The translations under genes and the position numbers were made by a program. 64,000 nt of DNA from SAR116 cluster bacterium AG-335-B03 (lineage in GTDB: Bacteria; Pseudomonadota; Alphaproteobacteria; Puniceispirillales; Marisalimonadaceae): contig QBZG01000002.1 of assembly GCA_003282435.1 (NCBI GenBank), positions 44,967 through 108,966 on the forward strand. Reading direction: 5' to 3'. The notes under the pieces are model-generated. The model was not told where the DNA came from, searched no databases, and saw only the letters and a list, made by a program, of their open reading frames with translations. Shown in pieces: positions 38,503 to 46,463 of the stretch; the stretch's first letter is position 1; every line of letters starts with the position of its first letter.

Positions 38503-39156
38503 TTGTTAAAATCTGAAAGAGCAAAATTTATAATGGATTTTTTGGAGCATACTTATCCAGAAACGCCCGCTCCTCTTACAAACAAAAATGTTTTTGAGTT
38601 ATTAGTTGCCGTATTACTCAGCGCTCAATGCACAGATGAGAGGGTAAATAAAGTAACCCCATTCTTATTTAAAATGGCTAACAATCCCTTTGACATGGAA
38701 AAAGTTCCTATAGACAAAATTTACAATATTATAAAACCTTGTGGATTGGCACCTCAAAAATCTAAAGCTATTTCAAATCTATCAAAAATTCTTGTTGACA
38801 AATTTAATGGTGCCGTTCCCAATGATATTAGTGAATTGGAAAAATTACCAGGTGTAGGTCATAAGACAGCAAGTGTTGTTGTTTCACAAGGGTTTGGTAT
38901 TCCAGCTTTCCCAGTAGATACTCATATACATAGACTTGCTCAAAGATGGGGTTTAACTAATGGAAAAAATGTAAAAACTACTGAAAACGATTTAAAAAAA
39001 CTTTTTCCATCAGAAAAATGGAATAAATTACATCTACAAATCATATTTTATGGAAGAGAATTTTGTTCAGCTTGGGGATGCAATGGAACAGTCTGTAAAA
39101 TTTGTAAAACGTGTTATCCAAAAAGAACAAAGCCATTAATAACAAAAAAAGCTTGA
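38503..39156 (+). CDS. nth: Endonuclease III
   Basis: LLSAQCTDERVN, HhH LPGVGHKTA, FPVDTHIHR, HLQIIFYGRE, C-terminal Cys cluster. Confidence 0.93.
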   Translation: MLKSERAKFIMDFLEHTYPETPAPLTNKNVFELLVAVLLSAQCTDERVNKVTPFLFKMANNPFDMEKVPIDKIYNIIKPCGLAPQKSKAISNLSKILVDKFNGAVPNDISELEKLPGVGHKTASVVVSQGFGIPAFPVDTHIHRLAQRWGLTNGKNVKTTENDLKKLFPSEKWNKLHLQIIFYGREFCSAWGCNGTVCKICKTCYPKRTKPLITKKA

Positions 39157-39164
39157 AGTAAATA

Positions 39165-40688
39165 TTATAAAAGCTCTAATTGATTATCTATTTTTTTCTG
39201 ATTTTTTTTAACTCTTTTACTACTTAACTTATTTAAAACTATATTCGACCCATGTCTGTAACCATCTTTACTTAAAATTAATGCCAATTTTGATTTTGCT
39301 TGTTTGATAGCATCTGTATGATCAACAACTGGCTGAGGATAATGTTTACCAATTAAACAATTAAATATTTTTTGAGTATATAAATCCATTTTCCAAGGCT
39401 CATGTATCCAAGTATCTGGAACGTTAGCAAGTTCAGGGACCCATTTTTTTATGAATTTTCCTCTAGGATCGTGATCCATTGATTGTTTTACCGGGTTGTA
39501 AATTCTTAAAGTATTAATCCCAGTCACTCCAGACTGCATTTGTAATTGGCTATAATGAATGCCAGGTTCATAATCTGTAAATGTCTGAGCCAAGTGATAT
39601 CCGGTTTTTCTCCAATCAAGCCAAAGGTCATAACTTGCAAAACTTACAAGCATAGCCCTCATTCTAAAAGTTATCCAACCATTATAGTTGAGACTTCTCA
39701 TACAAGCATCAATAAATGGATAACCTGTAAGACCTTTTTTCCATGCATTATAAAAATCTATATTAAAATTATTTTCTCTGATACCTTCATAATATGGGTG
39801 CATACACTTAAATTCTATTGATGGTTGGGTTTCTAGTTTTTGTATGAAATGGCATCTCCAGGACAAACGTGAAATAACTGCAGTCAAATTTTTATTCCAA
39901 ATTTTCTTTTCACTTTCTAACAAAGTTTCTTTTTTTGTTTTTATTATTTTCAATATTTCTTTTGAGGAAATAGTCCCCCAAGTCAAATGAGGTGAAAGAC
40001 GGGTACAAGTTTGTTCAGAGACACCTGGTTTAGAAATATTGTATGTATAATTTTTACCTCTAACAGCTAAAAAACTATCCAATATTTTTATTGCCTCGCT
40101 TCGCCCTCCTTTTTGTACAATTCCTGAATGATTATTTTCAAAAATTGGATCATTTTTGAGGGGTATTTTCCCTTCTTTTATTTTTATAATAGGAGTTAAA
40201 TTTGTTGGAGTTGAAATCAGTTCTTCTTTCATTCTTAAATTTCTAATTTTTGACCAAACTATTCGATTTTTCAAGGGTCTTACAATACCGTTTGAAGGAA
40301 ATTCATTTAATAATATATTGTTTTTATGACACCAATTTTGTATTTCCTTGTCTCTGTCATAAGTCCACTTATTACCTGTTTCTTCGTGGGATAAAATTGA
40401 TTGGATATTATATTGAAGTGATAAATCTTCAAATACATCTTTAACAGAACCAATCCTAACAACCAAATTTTGGCCTATATTCTTTAAATCCTTCCTCAAT
40501 TCTTTAAGACTATCGTGAATAAAGCTCCAATGTCTTTTACTTGAAAATGGTTGTTTCCAATAATCTGTTTCAACTATATATATGGGTAGTGTTGGAATTG
40601 AATTGAGTGAAGCTTCAAATAAAGGTCCATGGTCAGTTATTCTTAAATCCCTCTTAAACCATACAATCTGAATGTTATTTTTTAGCAT
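39165..40688 (-). CDS. DNA photolyase/cryptochrome family protein
   Basis: VWFKRDLRITDH, RLSPHL.WG, TGYPFIDACMR, FRMRAML, DYEPGIHYSQ, RIYNPVKQ. Confidence 0.92.
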   Translation of the reverse strand: MLKNNIQIVWFKRDLRITDHGPLFEASLNSIPTLPIYIVETDYWKQPFSSKRHWSFIHDSLKELRKDLKNIGQNLVVRIGSVKDVFEDLSLQYNIQSILSHEETGNKWTYDRDKEIQNWCHKNNILLNEFPSNGIVRPLKNRIVWSKIRNLRMKEELISTPTNLTPIIKIKEGKIPLKNDPIFENNHSGIVQKGGRSEAIKILDSFLAVRGKNYTYNISKPGVSEQTCTRLSPHLTWGTISSKEILKIIKTKKETLLESEKKIWNKNLTAVISRLSWRCHFIQKLETQPSIEFKCMHPYYEGIRENNFNIDFYNAWKKGLTGYPFIDACMRSLNYNGWITFRMRAMLVSFASYDLWLDWRKTGYHLAQTFTDYEPGIHYSQLQMQSGVTGINTLRIYNPVKQSMDHDPRGKFIKKWVPELANVPDTWIHEPWKMDLYTQKIFNCLIGKHYPQPVVDHTDAIKQAKSKLALILSKDGYRHGSNIVLNKLSSKRVKKNQKKIDNQLELL

Positions 40689-40881
40689 GTTTAGCTTTTC
40701 GACCGTAAACTCTTTCTCTCCAAACCTTAAAGCTTGTTTTTTTTAAATTAGAACGCATTATTTTAATAACATCTTTTTCTGGGATACCTGTCTGAGTTTT
40801 TATTGAATCAAAGCTTGTCTTATCGCACCAAGCCATTTCTATTACGCTATCGACGTTGTAATTTTGCTTAATTATTTTCAA
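40675..40881 (-). CDS. TIGR03643/DUF2805 family protein
   Basis: IEMAWCDKTSFDSI, MRSNLK..SFKVWRERV.GR..KH. Confidence 0.8.
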   Translation of the reverse strand: MKIIKQNYNVDSVIEMAWCDKTSFDSIKTQTGIPEKDVIKIMRSNLKKTSFKVWRERVYGRKAKHAKK

Positions 40882-41020
40882 TTTTTCTTACCTTAGCTTT
40901 TTTACATTTTCCACTGCAATATTTCACTTCATTCCAAACTTTCTCCCATTTTTTTCTCCACGTAAATGGTCTTTCACAAATAATACATATTTTTGAAGGA
41001 AGGTTTTGCTTTTTAATCAT
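40868..41020 (-). CDS. DUF2256 family protein, 50 aa (not in the ORF track)
   Basis: Own translation: MIKKQNLPSKICIICERPFTWRKKWEKVWNEVKYCSGKCKKAKVRKIENN*; CxxC...CxxxC. Confidence 0.85.
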   Translation of the reverse strand: MIKKQNLPSKICIICERPFTWRKKWEKVWNEVKYCSGKCKKAKVRKIENN

Positions 41021-41029
41021 TATCTAGTT

Positions 41030-41461
41030 TTATTCACTTTTATTAATATCTGAAGTTTTAGTTAAAACTGCGGTATGAAGTCCTGAGGCTGCTATCTTTC
41101 CAGAAGGTGATATTAGCCTACCCTCAACTGACACTATTTGCCTACCTATTTTGATTATTTTAGCTGTTCCTATAACTTTTCCTAATAATAAAGGTCTATG
41201 GAAAGAAATATGTATATCAGTTGAACTGGGTAAATATTCATCTTTGGTAAATATATTAACGCTTATTGAAGTAATTTCATCTATTGCGCTAGCTATCATA
41301 CCGCCTTGGACAGTCTTAAATGGATTTAAACATTCTTTAGAAAACTCTAATTCATATTTATATATTTCACTTTCTAAACCTAAAAACTTTGTTTTTAAAA
41401 AATGATGTGTGCCTCCATAATGAGCCCGTTTCATGGATTTCTTTAGGTTTTCGTCAGTCAT
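41030..41461 (-). CDS. PaaI family thioesterase
   Basis: NPFKTVQGGMIASAIDE, ISFHRP, IKIGR. Confidence 0.82.
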   Translation of the reverse strand: MTDENLKKSMKRAHYGGTHHFLKTKFLGLESEIYKYELEFSKECLNPFKTVQGGMIASAIDEITSISVNIFTKDEYLPSSTDIHISFHRPLLLGKVIGTAKIIKIGRQIVSVEGRLISPSGKIAASGLHTAVLTKTSDINKSE

Positions 41462-41548
41462 TTATTATTCCTTTTTATAGAATTTATATAAGAAATGATT
41501 ATTTTAATAAAAGTATGTATTCTAATTTTTATATCAAAAGGAGTTTTT

Positions 41549-41839
41549 ATGCCTAAAGGTTATTTTTTAAGTGCACATCGTTCACCTGCAAACCCTAAAA
41601 AAAGACAAGCTTACTTAGAGCTGGCAGGTCCTGCAATGATTAGAGCTGGAGGTAAAATTCTGGCTAGTACTAGCACAGTAGATGCTCATGAAAACGGAGT
41701 TGTAGAACAAACAGTTTTAGTTGAATTTGAAAGTTTTGAAAAAGCAAAAGCTGCTTACAGAAGTGACGATTATCAAGTTGCTCTAAAAGCGCTTGATGGT
41801 GGAGCAGACAGAGATATCAGAATTTTTGAAGGTAAATAA
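41549..41839 (+). CDS. DUF1330 family protein
   Basis: MPKGY, AGGKIL, VLVEFESFEKAKAAY.S.DYQ, RDIRI.EG; start set at the ATG after aaggag. Confidence 0.85.
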   Translation: MPKGYFLSAHRSPANPKKRQAYLELAGPAMIRAGGKILASTSTVDAHENGVVEQTVLVEFESFEKAKAAYRSDDYQVALKALDGGADRDIRIFEGK

Positions 41840-41859
41840 GATTATAATTGACCTAGTGA

Positions 41860-42753
41860 TTATTTTTGGTTTGACATTCTATCATATGTTTTAAATAAAG
41901 ACTGGTTTCCATTTTTACCTTCGTTATGTGCTCTTGCTTCGAGATATAATGCTAATACCAAAGACAATCCTGGAAGTGGTACTCCACTCTCAAATGCAGC
42001 TTCACTAGCCAATTTTAAATCTTTTAGCTGTAAATCTATTCTGAAACCAGCATGTTCGTTTTTATTTATGACATCATTACCTAAATTTTCTAGCATCCAA
42101 GAATTTGCAGAACCTCCAATTAAAGTTTCTTTTAAAAGTTTCAAATCTCCTCCCTTTGATTTGCACAAAGCAAAAGCTTCACACATTGATTGTATATGTG
42201 AACCAACCATTATTTGATTGCACATTTTAAAAACTTGTCCCATTCCAAGTTTTCCAGCATATATTACATTTTCACCTAAAGAATTGAGAATATCTAGAGA
42301 TTTTTTGTAAGTTTCTTTTTTTCCTCCTACCATAATTGATAAATTAGCATTTAATGCTCCTTTTACTCCTCCACTAACAGGAGCATCTACAAACTCTATT
42401 TGCTTTTTTTGTAAAACTTTACCAATTTCAATTGCAGATGAAGAAGAAATTGTGCTCATGTCAATTACAATTGTTCCGGGTTTTAAATACGAAATGATAC
42501 CAGAATCAGTATTAAATACGCTCTCAACATTTTGAGTGTCTGGTAAAATTGAAATTATGAAATTATTATTAGCAACAGCCCTTAAATTATTTACTGTTTT
42601 TATATTATCTTTATCTAATCTTTTAGTGATTTTAGGATTTATGTCGTACACTTTTAACTGGAAACCCTTCTTGATAAGGTTTTTTATCATTGGTAAACCC
42701 ATGTTTCCAGCACCAATAAAGCCAATTGTCGGTTTTAAATTTTTCACTTTCAA
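41860..42753 (-). CDS. beta-hydroxyacid dehydrogenase (2-hydroxy-3-oxopropionate reductase/HIBADH family)
   Basis: GFIGAGNMG, IDMSTI, DAPVSGG, FKMCNQ, KDLKLA. Confidence 0.88.
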   Translation of the reverse strand: MKVKNLKPTIGFIGAGNMGLPMIKNLIKKGFQLKVYDINPKITKRLDKDNIKTVNNLRAVANNNFIISILPDTQNVESVFNTDSGIISYLKPGTIVIDMSTISSSSAIEIGKVLQKKQIEFVDAPVSGGVKGALNANLSIMVGGKKETYKKSLDILNSLGENVIYAGKLGMGQVFKMCNQIMVGSHIQSMCEAFALCKSKGGDLKLLKETLIGGSANSWMLENLGNDVINKNEHAGFRIDLQLKDLKLASEAAFESGVPLPGLSLVLALYLEARAHNEGKNGNQSLFKTYDRMSNQK

Positions 42754-42904
42754 GTTTTTTCCAAAATTTTAAAACTTTTATATTACGTTAGCCTTTTAGA
42801 TTAAAAATTTAAAGTAAAACATTAGTATGAAAACATGTAATGAATTCAGCAATATTTTTTTAATTAATTAGTTAACAAAATTTATTTGAAATGATTGCTT
42901 AAAA

Positions 42905-43234
42905 ATGTATCATAATTTATATGGGGGATACAATATGAAGGAGACTAAACAGTCTTTGTCAGAGTTATGGTCTTTGCTAAGAAATAAAGAAGAACAATTC
43001 GGGCTTAATAATCTATCATTGACGGAACGTGATATACTTCAAGCTATTATACATATGCAAGGGAAAGATGATAATATTAGTTTAGATGATATTCTAAAAA
43101 AGTGTCCTCACCCTAGAGCAACATTTTTTCGTTGTCTTAAAAAACTTCGTGATAACAAATTTGTTAAAGTTACCAAAGACACTGAAGATGCAAGAAGATC
43201 ATTTATAAAAGTATATCCAAAATTTACAAATTAG
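42905..43234 (+). CDS. MarR-like winged-helix DNA-binding protein (start may be the second Met, ~42935)
   Basis: LSLTERDIL, PRATFFRCLKKL, wing DARRSFI. Confidence 0.72.
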   Translation: MYHNLYGGYNMKETKQSLSELWSLLRNKEEQFGLNNLSLTERDILQAIIHMQGKDDNISLDDILKKCPHPRATFFRCLKKLRDNKFVKVTKDTEDARRSFIKVYPKFTN

Positions 43235-43287
43235 TATGATTTAAGTTAAATGTTTTATAACTAAATTTTAAATCAATGTTGTAAAAA

Positions 43288-43368
43288 TATCACACTTGGT
43301 GATAAAAGTATCAAAATGATAGTTATTTTACTTTTAAAATATAATTATTCATAGTATCAAAATGATAC
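43288..43368. promoter_or_regulatory. Palindromic operator array upstream of the porin
   Basis: TATCAC-N5-GTGATA (43288-43304), GTATCA-AAA-TGATAG (43308-43322), perfect GTATCA-AAA-TGATAC (43354-43368). Confidence 0.6.
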
Positions 43369-43403
43369 CAATCGTTTTTGCGTATCCCCGTAATTGTATT
43401 GGA

Positions 43404-43440
43404 GGTGTCCTGTCTAACCAATAGGACACCGATTTTTTTT
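43404..43440 (+). promoter_or_regulatory. Terminator-like hairpin in the porin leader
   Basis: GGTGTCCTGT-ctaacca-ATAGGACACC followed by GA and T8, ~30 nt before the porin ATG. Confidence 0.55.
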
Positions 43441-43471
43441 AACAATAAAACAATCTTTTGAGGAGATTTTT

Positions 43472-44464
43472 ATGAGAAAATTACTTTTAAGTACGACAGC
43501 ATTAGCTGCTGCTGCTACACTTTCTGTTAATTCAGCGATAGCAGATGTTTCCATTTCTGGTTATACCGAGTGGGTATATCAGTCAAGAAGTTCTAATGTA
43601 GCTGCAAACGATGGTACATCAATGGGTAGTGATTCTGAAATCAAAATTAGTTTTTCAAACAAGACTGATTCCGGTTTAGATATCACTATGGCTACTGAAA
43701 TGACGACAGATGCAGATGACGCACTCATAGATGAATCAAATATTTCAATTGCTGGTGGCTTTGGTAAAATAGTCTTAGGTGGTCAAGATGGTGCAGCTGA
43801 TAATTACGGTATTGACGCTGAAGACGTGGTTTCTGAGGAAATTCAAGCCACTGGAACCGATACTTTAGCACTTTTAGACACTGACGTTGAGGCTACAGAT
43901 GTCGACAATAATAAAATAACATACCACTTACCAGCTATGGGTGGACTAACTGCAGGTATATCTTTCACCGATGATGGTACTGACTCAACATCTGGTAATC
44001 AAGATTCAATTGGTATTGGTGCACAATATAAGATGGAAGCTGCTGGTGCATCTATAACAATTGGTGGAGCAACATACAATCAGGAACAAGTTTCTGGAAC
44101 TGTAGATGTAGAATCACAAAATATGGGTGTTTCAATAGTTTCTGGAGACATTACTTTAAAGGTAGCTCAAGCTACTTATGAAGCAACTAATGCAGACGAA
44201 GAAGCTAATGGTGTTGGTATTAAATTTAATGTAAGTGACGGTATGTCAATTGCTGCTTACACTGTAAAAGTTGAAGATTCAACAGGAACCACTGATGAAG
44301 AATATGCAAATACAGGAGCTGAAGTTACTTACAGTGTTGCTTCTGGTTTAACTGCATATTTAAACATATCAGACTATGATTATAAAACAGGTTCAGGAAC
44401 AGGAGCTGGAACGACTGCTGATTCAGGTACAGTTTCAAAGTTAACAATTAAAGCAACATTCTAA
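43472..44464 (+). CDS. Alphaproteobacterial outer-membrane porin
   Basis: Signal peptide MRKLLLSTTAL, KTDSGL, GGFGKIVLG, KITYHLP, VASGLTAY, C-terminal Phe; strong RBS gaggag. Confidence 0.9.
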   Translation: MRKLLLSTTALAAAATLSVNSAIADVSISGYTEWVYQSRSSNVAANDGTSMGSDSEIKISFSNKTDSGLDITMATEMTTDADDALIDESNISIAGGFGKIVLGGQDGAADNYGIDAEDVVSEEIQATGTDTLALLDTDVEATDVDNNKITYHLPAMGGLTAGISFTDDGTDSTSGNQDSIGIGAQYKMEAAGASITIGGATYNQEQVSGTVDVESQNMGVSIVSGDITLKVAQATYEATNADEEANGVGIKFNVSDGMSIAAYTVKVEDSTGTTDEEYANTGAEVTYSVASGLTAYLNISDYDYKTGSGTGAGTTADSGTVSKLTIKATF

Positions 44465-44480
44465 ATTATATCTTTGCTTG

Positions 44481-44507
44481 AAAAGGCGGCATTAGCCGCC
44501 TTTTTTT
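44481..44507 (+). terminator. Rho-independent terminator of the porin gene
   Basis: AAAAGGCGGC-ATTA-GCCGCCTTTTTTT. Confidence 0.9.
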
Positions 44508-44550
44508 ATTATTAAGTATTTTATATTTATAAATTTTGATATGTTGAAAT

Positions 44551-45015
44551 ATGTCTACAATCAAAAATTCTTCTGACGAAATTTATAATCATCTTCTACT
44601 AGAATACAGGAGGTGTGTGATGAAAATTGAAATGGAAATTTTTAAAGCCAGGCAAACAAGAATGGTAAATAAAATACAAAGATATTTTAATTCAACACCT
44701 ATACGCAATGCCTTTGCACGGTGGATGGTAAACGCATTTTATGAAAATTCATTTTACTCTATTTCATATTTAGTAAAAGAGATGCACACAAATAGGCAAA
44801 CTATTTCTAATATGATAAGTGAATGTGAAGAAGAAGGTTACATAATTGTTGAACGTAAAGGCAAAACTGTTGCTTGCCAAGCATCTAAACCATTAATAGA
44901 TAAAATGAATGACTACTGTAAATGGAGAAAAGAAATTACTGAATTAACTGTAGGCAAAGCTTATAATGATTTAGTTCAATTTGAAAAATGGATGTCTAAA
45001 GAATTTAACGTGTAA
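44551..45015 (+). CDS. Hypothetical winged-helix protein
   Basis: SISYLVKEMHTNRQTISNMISECEEEGYI resembles an HTH plus wing. Confidence 0.55.
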   Translation: MSTIKNSSDEIYNHLLLEYRRCVMKIEMEIFKARQTRMVNKIQRYFNSTPIRNAFARWMVNAFYENSFYSISYLVKEMHTNRQTISNMISECEEEGYIIVERKGKTVACQASKPLIDKMNDYCKWRKEITELTVGKAYNDLVQFEKWMSKEFNV

Positions 45016-45640
45016 ATTCGATATACATATTTTTATAATTAACTTCGGTTATATTATATTAATGAATTTTAATAATATATTCGATAAAATTGTTTCAAAT
45101 ATTATAGTTTATACTTCATATACTTTGATGATTTTCACTTGGTATTATCTTTTTTATAATTTTGGAAATGACATAAACTTCTTATTATTTTATTTTCCTT
45201 TTGGAATAATTATTTTAGCATTTTTATTTTTTGGGAATAGAATTATTATTGGATTTTTACTTTCTTATATTAGCTTTTTCTTTGTGCTCAAAAATTATAA
45301 CTTATATCTTCCATTTAATAATTTCTTTGTAATTTCAGCATCCCATTTATTCTGTGTACCATTAATATTGTTTGTTCTTCAAAAATTTAATATCACTGTA
45401 GGAGCTGGTGAAAAATACAGGTTAGATAAAACAAATATTTACCATGTATTATTAATTACATTTTTATCGACAATTGTCCTTGGAACACTTTTGATTTCTA
45501 CATCTATATTGCACGAAGATCGAGGTGGTTTTTTAAAGTTTATTATTGGGCATTTTTTGGGTGGAGCTATTTTAATAATCTCAATGAAATTATTAGTAAA
45601 ATTACCAACCATTTGTAAAAATTTTATTAAATCAAGTTAA
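44981..45640 (+). CDS. Multi-pass membrane protein, MASE1-like (start may be the internal Met, ~45062)
   Basis: ~6 TM; YFPFGIIILAFLFFGNRIIIG resembles the MASE1 N-terminal motif; IGHFLG. Confidence 0.5.
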   Translation: MKNGCLKNLTCKFDIHIFIINFGYIILMNFNNIFDKIVSNIIVYTSYTLMIFTWYYLFYNFGNDINFLLFYFPFGIIILAFLFFGNRIIIGFLLSYISFFFVLKNYNLYLPFNNFFVISASHLFCVPLILFVLQKFNITVGAGEKYRLDKTNIYHVLLITFLSTIVLGTLLISTSILHEDRGGFLKFIIGHFLGGAILIISMKLLVKLPTICKNFIKSS

Positions 45641-46095
45641 ATTTCAGGGTCAAGTCGAGGCTTCCAAAAAGGTCTAAAGAGTTCTATCTTTGGACATCGG
45701 TTCATCACTACTTTTAAACCTGCTTCTTCCGCTAAACGAGCTGCATCATGGTTTATTACACCAATTTGTCCCCATAAAACTTTTGCATCTATTGCTATCG
45801 CCTCTTCAGCTATGCCATAGAGATCCTCAGGCTTTCTAAAAACTTCAACCATATCAACTGGACGATCTATTTTGTCTAAACTTGAATAAACTTTTAACCC
45901 TCTAATTTCTTTTAAACCATGACGTGGATTTACAGGTATCATGTCATATCCAGTTTCATGTAACACTCTAAGGACACCATAGCTAAATTTGGTCTTATCC
46001 GGGCTAGCACCAACCATTGCGATAGTCTTAACAGTACTTAGAATATCTTGAAGATAGTCTTCGCTGTAGGGTTCATTGTGATTCACTAAAGTCAT
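45637..46095 (-). CDS. CoA-binding protein (YccU-like)
   Basis: TIAMVGAS, IPVNP, VDMVEVFR, VLWGQIG, VVMNRC. Confidence 0.88.
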   Translation of the reverse strand: MTLVNHNEPYSEDYLQDILSTVKTIAMVGASPDKTKFSYGVLRVLHETGYDMIPVNPRHGLKEIRGLKVYSSLDKIDRPVDMVEVFRKPEDLYGIAEEAIAIDAKVLWGQIGVINHDAARLAEEAGLKVVMNRCPKIELFRPFWKPRLDPEI

Positions 46096-46463
46096 TAATT
46101 ATTATCCTTTGAAATTGCAATATCAGCTTTCAATTCGTGAGGGGCCAAGGGGTCAATAAATGGATTGCGATACAGGTTATCGTGACTTTCTACGCCTATT
46201 TCAAACGTGCAGTCAGTTTTTGCTCTAGCAACACATAGTATTACATAACCATTGTTGATTTGCCTGTTATTAAGAGCAACTTGAGATCTTTGATCAACCT
46301 CACCATTAATTAATTTTGCAGCACAAGTAATGCACCCTCCATATTGACAACCATATGGTAGATCAAGTCCCTGCGAACGTAATTCTGATAACAAAGGTTT
46401 TGTTCCTTTAACCCTAAAAATAGTATTATTACGATTTGCTATTGTAATCTTATTCATAACCAA
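46095..46463 (-). CDS. Plant-type 2Fe-2S ferredoxin
   Basis: PYGCQYGGCITC...GYVILCVA. Confidence 0.88.
   Translation of the reverse strand: MVMNKITIANRNNTIFRVKGTKPLLSELRSQGLDLPYGCQYGGCITCAAKLINGEVDQRSQVALNNRQINNGYVILCVARAKTDCTFEIGVESHDNLYRNPFIDPLAPHELKADIAISKDNN

Noticed and set aside
42907-42921. GTATCA half-site at the wHTH gene start as a third operator
   Set aside because: The second half of the palindrome is missing, and a 6-mer is expected by chance in AT-rich DNA
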